A stretch of DNA of 64,000 bases from Sulfurimonadaceae bacterium (GCA_036169815.1 JAVHOA010000120.1:1781-65780); one strand, 5' to 3'. Shown: positions 1 to 8,958, counted from the first letter of the stretch. Made by a program: numbers and translations. Notes: a model not told the origin generated them from the sequence alone.

Positions 1-315
1 TAATGAAGTCAACCCATAAAATTTCATGAAGTCTATAATCTTACCAGCTAATCCACTGTATTCATAAGCAACACTTTGTGGTTTTACTTGCCCTAAGCGT
101 ATGTAGCAATACCGCTTTATGGGCTCAATAATATTTGGAAAATCTTCAAGTAATTGAAAGTTCAATCTTCCCATGGAGAATACGCCAGCTCTTTTGTTAT
201 GAAACAATGGCGTTAAATCCCAAATATTGTCTATAAAGTGACTATTTCCAACAACATTAAAATTCCATTTATCTAAAGGTGCTTTCGGAATAGGAAAAGA
301 TATTGCTGTATTCAT
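1..315 (-). CDS. Tyrosine recombinase-like protein, N-terminal part only (gene runs off the left edge); third gene of a recombinase trio
   Basis: Own translation of the minus strand from ATG 315..313: MNTAISFPIPKAPLDKWNFNVVGNSHFIDNIWDLTPLFHNKRAGVF...IKRYCYIRLGQVKPQSVAYEYSGLAGKIIDFMKFYGLTS. The frame stays open to position 1. ATGA start/stop overlap with the upstream recombinase gene (stop 314..312). The N-terminus looks like a core-binding domain; the catalytic domain lies outside the window. Confidence 0.45.
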   Translation of the reverse strand, partial: MNTAISFPIPKAPLDKWNFNVVGNSHFIDNIWDLTPLFHNKRAGVFSMGRLNFQLLEDFPNIIEPIKRYCYIRLGQVKPQSVAYEYSGLAGKIIDFMKFYGLTSL

Positions 316-1679
316 TGTATTTCACCAAACTTTTCAAGTTTCTCAATAAGCATTTCAATGAGGTCTTTTTCGAATTCAAGATGCTGAATGATATTTGATT
401 CATATATACTTTTTACTTCAATATCTTGTTCTTTTTCTTTAACTAAATTCTTAAAATAGGGTAGAAAATCAGGAGTCGTTACCATTTTTGAACAACCGTA
501 ACAGTTTCCTCTTTTTTGGAAAGTATCACACATATAATCTGTGTCCATTGCCATTGCCTTATTGGTGCAATAACCATCCGATAGACGTAATACACTATTA
601 AAATTGAAATCTTTCTGCATAATTTCAATCTCTTGAGTATTTGCAAGTATTTGCATATGCTCAAGGGTACTAGTTATCTGATTAATATAATCTTCATCTT
701 TTGTTTTGACATAGTAGTGAAGAGTTGTTCTTTTATACTTGTGATTTAAAATCGATTGCGTAGTCTCTATAGGTGTGCCGCTACTTTGCAAATTGGTAGC
801 AAGAGTTCTGCGGAACATATGTGAGCTTATTTTAATCAAGCGACCACTGTCATCAGTTATATTGTTCTCTTTGACAAATTTATCGAGTCTTGCCTTTTGA
901 TATGATTCAAGCATTGCGATTGTACCATCAGATTTTAAGTGCAAAAAGATGCTATTTATTTTACTTATTTGTCTATATGCGTCAGTGTGACGGATTAAAG
1001 TAGATATTGCTCTTGTAACAGGTGCTGCAATTGCTGGGATAGTGACACTCTCGTTTTGTTTATGATCAATGTAATGTAAATCATACTTTCCATCTTTGTC
1101 ACTCATCAACAAGCAATCATCTTTTAGAGAAACAATATCAGAAGAACGTAATCCATAATAGAATGAAATTAATATGTAAGCTTTTGTGTAAATATCCACT
1201 TCATCTTTAATGGCTATTCTTATTTGTTTGAGCACTTTATCAGAAAAATAAGCTGTTTTAACATTATCGTTATTACGTTTAAAATGAGACTTCATAAAAA
1301 TATTAAAAGGTGGTGCTTCATTGGGATAGTATTCATAAAGCCATCGGCTAAAATTCTTAAAAAATGTATAGACAAGACGCTGTGAGCTTTGTGATAACAA
1401 AGCACCTGTTTTTGTAGTTGTTGTTTTTAAAAAGGCATAAAACTCTTGCAATGATGCGTATGAGAATGAGGACAAGTCAGAAATATTTTTCATTATTAAA
1501 AAGTCAAACAGATAATGGATCATTTTTACTTCTGTATATAATGATGACTCTGTTTTTGATTTCAGTTCTTTGCTTTGCTTGATATATTCAAAGTGTCTAT
1601 TAGCAATATTTACTGGCTTAAATGTTGAATAGTCGGATATCTTCACCATATTATTAACCATCAAGGAAATCTTACTCAT
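312..1679 (-). CDS. Tyrosine recombinase/integrase (second of trio) with Cys-rich C-terminal extension
   Basis: ORF track 312..1784. Preferred start is ATG 1679..1677 (MSKISLMVNN...), overlapping the upstream stop by 8 nt (ATGAGTAA). Catalytic motifs HMFRRTLATNL ... ILNHKYKRTTLHYYV (HxxR...H...Y). C-terminus carries CTNKAMAMDTDYMCDTFQKRGNCYGC. Confidence 0.75.
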   Translation of the reverse strand: MSKISLMVNNMVKISDYSTFKPVNIANRHFEYIKQSKELKSKTESSLYTEVKMIHYLFDFLIMKNISDLSSFSYASLQEFYAFLKTTTTKTGALLSQSSQRLVYTFFKNFSRWLYEYYPNEAPPFNIFMKSHFKRNNDNVKTAYFSDKVLKQIRIAIKDEVDIYTKAYILISFYYGLRSSDIVSLKDDCLLMSDKDGKYDLHYIDHKQNESVTIPAIAAPVTRAISTLIRHTDAYRQISKINSIFLHLKSDGTIAMLESYQKARLDKFVKENNITDDSGRLIKISSHMFRRTLATNLQSSGTPIETTQSILNHKYKRTTLHYYVKTKDEDYINQITSTLEHMQILANTQEIEIMQKDFNFNSVLRLSDGYCTNKAMAMDTDYMCDTFQKRGNCYGCSKMVTTPDFLPYFKNLVKEKEQDIEVKSIYESNIIQHLEFEKDLIEMLIEKLEKFGEIQ

Positions 1680-2925
1680 TTTCAATTCCATAACTTGCAT
1701 AAAAAGGGATAAGTTCTTCCACGATTTGTTCTTTATTTGCAATCTGAATATAAATATCAGTAGATGCAATATGAGTATGTCCAAGTAGCTTTCTTAGCTT
1801 ATCGATGCCTATTTTATTTCTTGCGAGTGTAGTTGCATAGGTATGACGAAAATCGTGTGGTGTAAAGTAAATTCCAGTCTCTTTTCCGATTTTGCGGCAT
1901 CTATCCCATACAGCCTGATAACTGAGCGGTTCACCTAAATTATTATGAAATTCAGAGATAAAAAGGTATTCATGATCCATCTCTTGTTTTTCATAAATTT
2001 TTAGCCATACTCGCTCATAATAATCAGACAACTTATTCATTAGTTGTGTAGGGATAAACAGATCTCGTATTCCTGTTTTTTGTTGACGGTAGCGGCTTCC
2101 TTTTTGAAAATCATCATTATTTGGTTTCATACGTATTTCTTGTACACCAGATATATTTTGAGAAACACCAATAGATTGAATATCAAGGCTAAGGGCTTCT
2201 CCTATTCTAATTCCCGTAAAAAGGAGAAGTTCAAAGAGTAATCGGTCACGTTCCATCTTACAAGCATTCAGTATAGTTTCAATCTGATCTTTTGAAAGAA
2301 CTCGAATGCCGCGATTAAATTCTTTGATTTTAAATGTGCTCTTCTGCACCATACCATTCTGAGTATGTTGATAAAAGGTTTTGTTCTGACGGGTAGGGCG
2401 TTTAATAGTCACATATCCATAGATGAAAGGGTTATTTATTGCATTTACAGCTTCGTGATACTTGTAAAAATCTCTTATTGTAGAAACGATTCTATTGACT
2501 GATTTTGCGGTACGTTTACTTGGTACATTTAATTGCATTAAATCTTTGTTTTGATCTGGAAGCATAAGCCAAGCTATGAAGTCATTGATATTTTTATGGG
2601 TAAGGGTAGAATACGATAATTTATATTGATCAAGAAAATCATAAAATAGTTTTAGATCAGAGCCTTTAGTAGCAATAGTATTAAAGGCAAGTCTTTTAGC
2701 TTGAAGTCTGTTTTGTAAAAACTCCCATACTTCATCAATAATCTTCCAATCATTATCGAACAAACATACGTAGTGATCTATAAGGATAAAATCTCTATTT
2801 GGCTTTAATGTATTTATATCTGAATAAAATATCTCAATATCATTATTTAGATTTAATTGTGCTCCAAAGCGTTGTTCATTAACTCTTAAATACATAAAAT
2901 TATCCTCTCTCAATATAGTGGACAA
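1672..2925 (-). CDS. Tyrosine recombinase/integrase (first of trio)
   Basis: 417-aa ORF. Contains GIRIGEALSL (Arg box) and HDFRHTYATTLARN...LLGHTHIASTDIYI (HxxR...H...Y), plus an N-terminal SAM-like core-binding region (FYDFLDQYKL...INDFIAWL). Confidence 0.85.
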   Translation of the reverse strand: MSTILREDNFMYLRVNEQRFGAQLNLNNDIEIFYSDINTLKPNRDFILIDHYVCLFDNDWKIIDEVWEFLQNRLQAKRLAFNTIATKGSDLKLFYDFLDQYKLSYSTLTHKNINDFIAWLMLPDQNKDLMQLNVPSKRTAKSVNRIVSTIRDFYKYHEAVNAINNPFIYGYVTIKRPTRQNKTFYQHTQNGMVQKSTFKIKEFNRGIRVLSKDQIETILNACKMERDRLLFELLLFTGIRIGEALSLDIQSIGVSQNISGVQEIRMKPNNDDFQKGSRYRQQKTGIRDLFIPTQLMNKLSDYYERVWLKIYEKQEMDHEYLFISEFHNNLGEPLSYQAVWDRCRKIGKETGIYFTPHDFRHTYATTLARNKIGIDKLRKLLGHTHIASTDIYIQIANKEQIVEELIPFYASYGIENE

Positions 2926-3067
2926 ATTGAGATCTTATATAATAGACTGTCTATGATATATTATATACATATATACAATACTTTGTCAATGATAGACATT
3001 AATATTATATTACTTTAGATAACATAATGTAAATTCTCTTGAAAAAATAGTTGTAAAAGAAGGCCTC

Positions 3068-3115
3068 AAAAAGGCTTACATGTAAAGAAAAAAAGGCTTA
3101 CATGTAAAGAAAAAA
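3068..3115 (-). terminator. Two tandem 22-bp units AAAAAGGCTTACATGTAAAGAA; probable rho-independent terminator of rnpB, formed by pairing of two palindrome copies
   Basis: CTTACATGTAAAG at 3075..3087 and 3097..3109 (period 22). On the minus strand the two copies can pair as a hairpin and each is followed by a T-run. The site lies immediately 3' of rnpB. Confidence 0.5.
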
Positions 3116-3116
3116 T

Positions 3117-3437
3117 TAGGTACAACGGTAAGCTGGGTTCTGTTATAGTGATATTAATCTACTTTGATCTTTACAGATCAACTCTAGCGAAACAGTAGCA
3201 ATGTAAGACGCTAACCATCTGTTTCTTGCTACCAGGTTGGGTTTACAAGCTACTTATATTACTATAAATACTGGTGGTCTCTTACACCGCCGTTTCACCC
3301 TTACCATCAAAGATGGCGGTTTATTTTCTGTTGCACTTTCCCTCGTATTACTACGGCCATTCGTTAAATGGAACCCTGTCTTACGGTAGCCCAGACTTTC
3401 CTCTTGAAAAAATTCAAGCATCAACTTGTTGTACCTG
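3117..3437 (-). ncRNA. rnpB: RNase P RNA, bacterial type A
   Basis: The minus-strand reading contains the universally conserved blocks GAGGAAAGUCUGGGC, GGGAAAGUGCAACAGAAA, AAGGGUGAAACGGCGGUGUAAGAGACCACC and ACAGAACCCAGCUUAC. P1 can form between GGUACAAC (5') and GUUGUACC (3'). Ends are approximate (+/-5 nt). Confidence 0.85.
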
Positions 3438-3487
3438 CGATATGGTAACCAAAGAGAGCTAAGATTTTGATTTGATAGAGATTTTTT

Positions 3488-4807
3488 TTAAGATCGAAAC
3501 GCTTCAATAGCTTTTTTCGCGGCTTCTTTGTGCACAACACAAGGCTTTGGATAATTTTTTAAACTTGCCTCTAGAAGATAGGCTTCATTATGCAAATCTT
3601 TTGCGCTTACATGTAAGAGTTGCGGAAGCCATTTTTTGATGTATATGGCATCTTTATCAAATTTTTTTGCTTGTAAATAGGGATTAAAAACTCTAAAATA
3701 GGGTTGAGGATCCACTCCTGTTCCAGCGCTCCATTGCCATGAAAGTATGTTAGAAGCCGCATCATAATCGAGCAGGTACAAACGAAAAAACTGCTCACCC
3801 CATTGCCAAGGAAGTAAGAGGTCTTTTGTAAAAAAAGAAGCAACAATCATCCGCACGCGGTTGTGCATTTTACCTGTTTGTAGTAGTTCATTGATTCCTG
3901 CATCAACGATCGGCACGCCTGTTTTTGCTTCACAAAAAAGCGCAAATTTAGCTTCATCTTCTACACCATTGAAACTATAAGTAAAGTTTTTTTCTGCAAG
4001 AGAAGGAAAATAGTAGAGTAAAGAGGCATAAAACTCACGAAAAACGAGCTGTCTAAAAAATGGCTCGGTATCGATTCCCTCTTTTTTCCTGTGTACAAGC
4101 CAACGCAAAAGCTGTTTAATACCCAAGGTGCCAAAACGTAGATGCACGCTAAGGGCGGAGGTGTCAGTCGTTGCAATGGTGTCACGATCACTTTGATATT
4201 GCCTTACATGTAAGGCAAATTTATCTAAAAGTGTCTCAAGTCGCTCTACTCCATGTGCTTGATATTGAAAGCCGATATCCTCTAAAGAAAGTGTGTTATA
4301 TGAAAATGGAATCAGGCTATTTTGCGCACTAAACTCACTTTTTGCTAAGTGTGAAGAGGAAAAAATTGTTTTAGATTTCTTGTAAAATGGGGTAAAAACT
4401 CTGTAAGGTGAGCCATCATCTTTTAAAATCTCATCAGGTTGAAAAATGTAGGTTCCATACAGATACTCAAACTCTACAAGGCGTGAGATTTCAAGATCTC
4501 TTTGTCGTGCATAGGCATCATAATCTCCGCATGCCACGATTTTATCAATGGATGTAGTCTTTAAAAGAGAGCTGATAATCTCTGTAGGTTTGCCATAAAA
4601 TAGGGCTAGGTTAAGCCCTTTTGCTTGCAAATCTACTTTGAGTTTACACACTGCTTCATAGATAAAACTTACACGTCTGTCGTCACAAGGAAGATTTTTG
4701 AGGATATTTTCATCAAAGATAAAAATAGGCAGAAGTTCACCCTTACATGTAAGCAACATATTATCTTCTACACGAAGATCACGCCGAAACCAGAGGATTT
4801 TTGTCAT
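3488..4807 (-). CDS. phr: Deoxyribodipyrimidine photolyase (class I CPD photolyase)
   Basis: 439 aa. N-terminal ILWFRRDLRVEDN; C-terminal FAD-binding signature TGxPIVDAGINELxxTGxMHNRVRMIVASF...DYDAASNILSWQWSAGTG. Confidence 0.9.
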   Translation of the reverse strand: MTKILWFRRDLRVEDNMLLTCKGELLPIFIFDENILKNLPCDDRRVSFIYEAVCKLKVDLQAKGLNLALFYGKPTEIISSLLKTTSIDKIVACGDYDAYARQRDLEISRLVEFEYLYGTYIFQPDEILKDDGSPYRVFTPFYKKSKTIFSSSHLAKSEFSAQNSLIPFSYNTLSLEDIGFQYQAHGVERLETLLDKFALHVRQYQSDRDTIATTDTSALSVHLRFGTLGIKQLLRWLVHRKKEGIDTEPFFRQLVFREFYASLLYYFPSLAEKNFTYSFNGVEDEAKFALFCEAKTGVPIVDAGINELLQTGKMHNRVRMIVASFFTKDLLLPWQWGEQFFRLYLLDYDAASNILSWQWSAGTGVDPQPYFRVFNPYLQAKKFDKDAIYIKKWLPQLLHVSAKDLHNEAYLLEASLKNYPKPCVVHKEAAKKAIEAFRS

Positions 4808-5751
4808 TTTGAACCATGCAGGCTTGAGCGCAAAGCCAACTCTTTAGGATAGGGAGCTAAAAATGTTTGCTCTAACAAATAGCTTGTGTTATATTTTTTT
4901 GCATAAAGGTTGATGGTACTCAGGGGAACGATAAGCGGTACAATTGCTTGCATGTACTCCTCGATTTGCGTATGGAGCATCTCTTTTTCCACTTTTAAGA
5001 GCTCTTTTTTAAAAAATCCTGCCATATGTTCAAGCACATTTTTATCTCGTTTGCGTGAGCTTTTTTTTGCGATGGCAGTTTTAAATTTCTCTTCATAAGA
5101 GAGCAGAATTTCATTAAAAGAAAAAGATTCGTGATTACCCACAATTTTACCGAGTTCACGATAGAGCTTTTCATCTTTGGCTTGCAACATAAACTTGTTT
5201 TTTGTATGAAACTCTACAAGTTTTTTCATATTCGGAGCATTTTTTTTGAGATTTTCAAAAGATTTATATGCAAATATTTGCATAATAAAATTTTCTCTTA
5301 ACCAATCATCCACAAGCCTGCCCTCCTCTTCCATGGGGAGATGAGGAAATTGTTTACGACAAAGGGAGACAAAAATTCCATCGCTCTTTCCCTCAGAAAA
5401 TCCATTTGGCAGATAGGTTTTCGAACTTCCAAGCCCGCAACTTGGAGATTTTGACTTAAAAATAATGCCACAAAGATCTTCACTTGCAATCTTCTGGAGT
5501 TCTTGATTTGAAAATCCAAGCAGATGCTCTGTCAAATCTGCTCCATCTTTGTTGGAAATAATATGGTTTTGCTCACCATCTCGCACCATTCGTATGGATG
5601 GACGCGGCGTTCCAAACGCTAGCGCTTCTGGACAAAAAGGGACATATGAACAATAAGCAGAAAGCTGATCTGTGATGAAACGATCTCTTTTATGCCCACC
5701 GTCATAGCGCACTTTTTCACCAAGCAAACATGCCGAGACTGCTAACTTCAT
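4804..5751 (-). CDS. DUF523/DUF1722 (YbgA-like) family protein, co-transcribed with photolyase
   Basis: 315 aa, starting MKLAVSACLLGEKVRYDGGHK (DUF523-type N-terminus). 4-nt overlap with phr. A ybgA-like gene upstream of phr is a known conserved pairing (E. coli ybgA-phr). Confidence 0.7.
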   Translation of the reverse strand: MKLAVSACLLGEKVRYDGGHKRDRFITDQLSAYCSYVPFCPEALAFGTPRPSIRMVRDGEQNHIISNKDGADLTEHLLGFSNQELQKIASEDLCGIIFKSKSPSCGLGSSKTYLPNGFSEGKSDGIFVSLCRKQFPHLPMEEEGRLVDDWLRENFIMQIFAYKSFENLKKNAPNMKKLVEFHTKNKFMLQAKDEKLYRELGKIVGNHESFSFNEILLSYEEKFKTAIAKKSSRKRDKNVLEHMAGFFKKELLKVEKEMLHTQIEEYMQAIVPLIVPLSTINLYAKKYNTSYLLEQTFLAPYPKELALRSSLHGSK

Positions 5752-6019
5752 AATAATCCTTCAAACTTTAATTAAGTAAGTATAGAATATTCAACGATTT
5801 TTTCATACTCTTATTTTGTAGTTTCATAAGTATCATGTAGGCTTTTGAAGTGATATTTAAGGGTACCTCTAAAGTAAGAGACTAAAATAAGTTATACATA
5901 CTGTTGTAAGGATAGATAAAGTATCCTTTTTGAATTTCTATAATTTTATAAAAGGATATTGAAAGGGCACGGTACTCTTTGCAAAGCACCCTGCCCACTT
6001 ATGTAAAATTTCTACAGAA

Positions 6020-6577
6020 CTACTTATTCATAGCTTCTAGAGCGTATTTTTCACCAAGTTCATAAGCTTTTAGATTAGCAGGATGTACTTTTGCGGGTAC
6101 TTTAGAAAGCATTGTATCTATAAGTGTTTGTCTATCCACCGCATTTTGCATTGTGTTTGCAATCGCAAGAGCAACGACAGATTGAGTAATAACATTCCCA
6201 ACCTCTTCTTTTGCGATTGTAATAATTGGAATCTCGAAGATATTCCAAGTTTTTCTATCCTCATCTGATGGGTGAACGAGGTTTGGATCAACTACAATAA
6301 TCCCACCTGGTTTTACTCCATTTTTAAATAAGTTGTAACTTACATGCGCAACTGAAAGCATAAAATCGATTTCACCATCATTTGCATAAGGATAAAAAAT
6401 TTCATTATCATCAAGAGTAATATCAACAACTGTTGGACCACCACGCACTTGCGATGTATATGTGGCAGTTTTTAAACCCTCGCCACCAGCTCTGATTTTT
6501 GCTGCTGCAAAAATTTCTCCAGCAAGAAGAACACCTTGTCCACCAACGCCCGTAAATCTCATTAAGTTTCTAGCCAT
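6020..6577 (-). CDS. oorC: 2-oxoglutarate:acceptor (ferredoxin) oxidoreductase, gamma subunit
   Basis: ORF track 6020..6679. Preferred start is MARNLMRFTGVGGQGVLLAGE (ATG 6577), preceded by GGAGA and 10 nt after the oorB stop. Gamma-subunit fold of the 2-oxoacid:ferredoxin oxidoreductase (OFOR) family. Confidence 0.85.
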   Translation of the reverse strand: MARNLMRFTGVGGQGVLLAGEIFAAAKIRAGGEGLKTATYTSQVRGGPTVVDITLDDNEIFYPYANDGEIDFMLSVAHVSYNLFKNGVKPGGIIVVDPNLVHPSDEDRKTWNIFEIPIITIAKEEVGNVITQSVVALAIANTMQNAVDRQTLIDTMLSKVPAKVHPANLKAYELGEKYALEAMNK

Positions 6578-6587
6578 TGTATTCTCC

Positions 6588-7445
6588 TTATATCTTTTTA
6601 GCAAAATCGTTTTGGGTAATCGTTTTACGTTTACCTTGGTGGAAATCGACAACTTCTTTATACATGTCACAATACTCACGTACAGTTTTATCTTCTTTTA
6701 AAATACCTGTTGGAAAAACATTGAGTTTTTCTTCATCACTGAGCGCTTCCCATTTCTTCAATGGCGTTGTAATGCTATCAATCCACTCTAAGTTTTCCAT
6801 AGCACTAGCCATTTTATTTTTACGACCAAGATTAACGTGACAGTTAGACATAACATCTATAAAAGAAAAACCTCTGTGTTCAATCGCTTTTACAAAAACT
6901 TTTTCAAGTTTTTTTGGATCAAGCATAGTCTCGCGTGCGACAAATGAAGCACCAGCAGCAATTGCCAAATTTGTTGCGTTAAATGTTGGGTCAATATTTC
7001 CTGACTTTTGAGAAACAGTCCACATCCCTTGTGGAGTTGTTGGTGAAGTTTGAGAGTTTGTAAGACCATAGATGAAGTTATTGATAATTATCATTGTAAT
7101 ATCGATGTTTCTTCTACAACCATGAATAGTATGGTTACCACCGATTGCTAAACCATCACCATCTCCAGCTACACAGATAACATGTTTATCTGGATTCATA
7201 AGTTTAATACCAGTAGCAAAAGGAATCGTTCTTCCATGTGTAGTATGTACGGTATTGAAATCAACATAAGAAGAAAACCTTCCTGAACAGCCAATACCTG
7301 AAACTACACATACATCATCAGGTTTGAGACCGAGTTTATCAACAGCTCTTACAAAAGCTTTAAGAATAACACCATCTCCACATCCCCAACACCAAAGTGT
7401 TGGCATTTTATCAAGTCTTAAATATTTATCATAATTAAATGCCAT
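6588..7445 (-). CDS. oorB: 2-oxoglutarate:acceptor oxidoreductase, beta (TPP-binding) subunit
   Basis: 285 aa. Contains WCxGCGDG and the GDGDGLAIGGNH thiamine-PP motif. Confidence 0.9.
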   Translation of the reverse strand: MAFNYDKYLRLDKMPTLWCWGCGDGVILKAFVRAVDKLGLKPDDVCVVSGIGCSGRFSSYVDFNTVHTTHGRTIPFATGIKLMNPDKHVICVAGDGDGLAIGGNHTIHGCRRNIDITMIIINNFIYGLTNSQTSPTTPQGMWTVSQKSGNIDPTFNATNLAIAAGASFVARETMLDPKKLEKVFVKAIEHRGFSFIDVMSNCHVNLGRKNKMASAMENLEWIDSITTPLKKWEALSDEEKLNVFPTGILKEDKTVREYCDMYKEVVDFHQGKRKTITQNDFAKKI

Positions 7446-7446
7446 C

Positions 7447-8598
7447 TTAGAATACCTCTTTTACTTTATTTACAATTTCGTATGGAGAGATTGGACGGCC
7501 ATTAACTTTATAGAGTCCTTGCAAATCTAATCTTCCAGAAACACGTTCTATCTCTTCAGTGTATTGTCTGATATTTAACTCCACACAAAGCACATTTTTA
7601 ATCATATCAGTATGTTTTTTGATAGTTTCAGCTGGACTTGGCCATAAAGTAATTGGTCTAAAAAGTCCTGCTTTAATCCCCTCAGCTCGTAAGTGGCGAA
7701 TCGCTTCTTTTGCTGCAAGAGCAACTGAACCATAAGCGATAATAAGCACTTCACCCTCAGCTCCAGTCATATCATCAAGCATAAACTCTTCATTATGTTC
7801 TAGCTCATCTGTATGTAACATCACTTTGTCTTCAAGGCGTTGAATCAATTTACGGCAAGTTTCGATCTCTTCTGTTGGAAATCCTCTTGCATCATGGTGT
7901 AAACCTGTAAAGTGGTATCTATACCCTTGAAACATTGGATTTAAAACTGCTGGTTGGTCAGCTTCACACGCGTATGGAAGATAATCTTCAGGGGCTCCAG
8001 TAAAAGTTTTACGAGGAACAATCCCTTTTGTTATTTCTTCTTCTGTTGGAATAATTGCTTTTCCATGCATGTGACCAATTGTTTCATCCAAAAGTACAAA
8101 AACAGGTTGCATAAATCTATCTGCTAGGTTAAACGCTCTTGCGGTTTCGGTGTAACATTCTGCCAAAGAACCAGCACACACTGTGATTGAGCGGTAATCT
8201 CCATGGGATGGGTTTTTTGCTTGTCTCACGTCTCCTTGGGATACACGAGTCGGAAGACCAGTTGATGGACCACCACGCATAACATTGACAACAACCAAAG
8301 GCACTTCAGTCATTTGTGCAAGACCTAAATTTTCAGCTTTTAAAGAGATACCAGGACCTGAAGTAGCAGTCATTGTTCTCACACCAGACATACCAGCACC
8401 AATTGCAGCCGCAACTCCAGCGATTTCATCTTCCATTTGAATACAAGCACCACCAACTTCTGGCATTAGGTCAGACATCTCATGCATAACTTCACTTGAA
8501 GGTGTGATTGGATAACCACCAAAAAATTTACATCCAGCATCTTTTGCAGCTAATGCGCACAGTTCATTTCCTGTTGAAATTACTTCTCTTGTCGCCAT
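7447..8598 (-). CDS. oorA: 2-oxoglutarate:acceptor oxidoreductase, alpha subunit
   Basis: 383 aa. GNEL(C)ALAAKDAGCKFFGGYPITPSSE, typical of OFOR alpha subunits. Tightly packed with oorD and oorB. Confidence 0.9.
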   Translation of the reverse strand: MATREVISTGNELCALAAKDAGCKFFGGYPITPSSEVMHEMSDLMPEVGGACIQMEDEIAGVAAAIGAGMSGVRTMTATSGPGISLKAENLGLAQMTEVPLVVVNVMRGGPSTGLPTRVSQGDVRQAKNPSHGDYRSITVCAGSLAECYTETARAFNLADRFMQPVFVLLDETIGHMHGKAIIPTEEEITKGIVPRKTFTGAPEDYLPYACEADQPAVLNPMFQGYRYHFTGLHHDARGFPTEEIETCRKLIQRLEDKVMLHTDELEHNEEFMLDDMTGAEGEVLIIAYGSVALAAKEAIRHLRAEGIKAGLFRPITLWPSPAETIKKHTDMIKNVLCVELNIRQYTEEIERVSGRLDLQGLYKVNGRPISPYEIVNKVKEVF

Positions 8599-8933
8599 TA
8601 TTTAACTCCTTGTTGTTCAAGTGACATATAGTGGTTTGCAATAACAGCAACTTGACGTGCTTTTGATTCGTCAGTTAATTTTGCAAACTTATACTCTTTT
8701 TTATCTGCTACATAAATAGCAAAATCTGGACACGATAATTCGCACTCATTACAACCAATACAAGATTCTGGATGATCGACTGAGATCATTGCACCAAGTG
8801 TTGATGTAGAATCATAACGCATACCAAGTACACCAGATGGGCAAACAGATACACAGATATCACATGCCTTACAATTGTCTTTATTAACCCATACAGGAAC
8901 ATTTCCTGGATATTCAACCATAGCAGATGCCAT
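8598..8933 (-). CDS. oorD: 2-oxoglutarate:acceptor oxidoreductase, delta (2x[4Fe-4S] ferredoxin-like) subunit
   Basis: ORF track 8598..9008. Preferred start is MASAMVEYPG (ATG 8933) with GGAGA upstream. Two Cys clusters: CKACDICVSVCP and CIGCNECELSCP. Confidence 0.85.
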   Translation of the reverse strand: MASAMVEYPGNVPVWVNKDNCKACDICVSVCPSGVLGMRYDSTSTLGAMISVDHPESCIGCNECELSCPDFAIYVADKKEYKFAKLTDESKARQVAVIANHYMSLEQQGVK

Positions 8934-8958
8934 ATATTCTCCTTTTTTACAAGTTAAA

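Larger units (their letters stand above)
1..3000 (-). mobile_element. RIT-like (recombinase-in-trio) or Tn554-like element, right-hand part; the left part is outside the window and the right boundary is unresolved
   Basis: Three consecutive co-directional tyrosine recombinase genes with 8-nt and 4-nt overlaps. An AT-rich flank holds the inverted repeat TGTCTATGAT (2948..2957) / ATGATAGACA (2989..2998). The element sits directly beside the rnpB terminator. The host-wide TACATGTA motif is absent from 1..3060. Confidence 0.5.

Noticed and set aside
3117-3440. I first suspected tmRNA (ssrA), because TGGTGG on the plus strand reads as ACCACCA on the minus strand and an integrase cluster is adjacent.
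   Set aside because: There is no tRNA-like T-arm or acceptor end at that position. Instead the region contains all the conserved RNase P RNA blocks (GAGGAAAGUC, GGGAAAGUGCAACAGAAA, AGGGUGAAACGG...GUAAGAG, ACAGAACCC.GCUUA), so it is rnpB.
5752-6019. The 268-bp gap between the ybgA-like start and the oorC stop as a possible small RNA or small ORF locus. It contains an imperfect hairpin, GGGCACGGTAC...GCACCCTGCCC, near 5966..5997 and degenerate motif-like words (ATCATGTAGGC near 5833, CTTATGTAAAA near 5998).
   Set aside because: The hairpin followed by a T-rich stretch on the minus strand is most simply the oor operon terminator, and the remainder is the ybgA-phr promoter region. No convincing ORF or conserved RNA motif is recognisable without comparative data.
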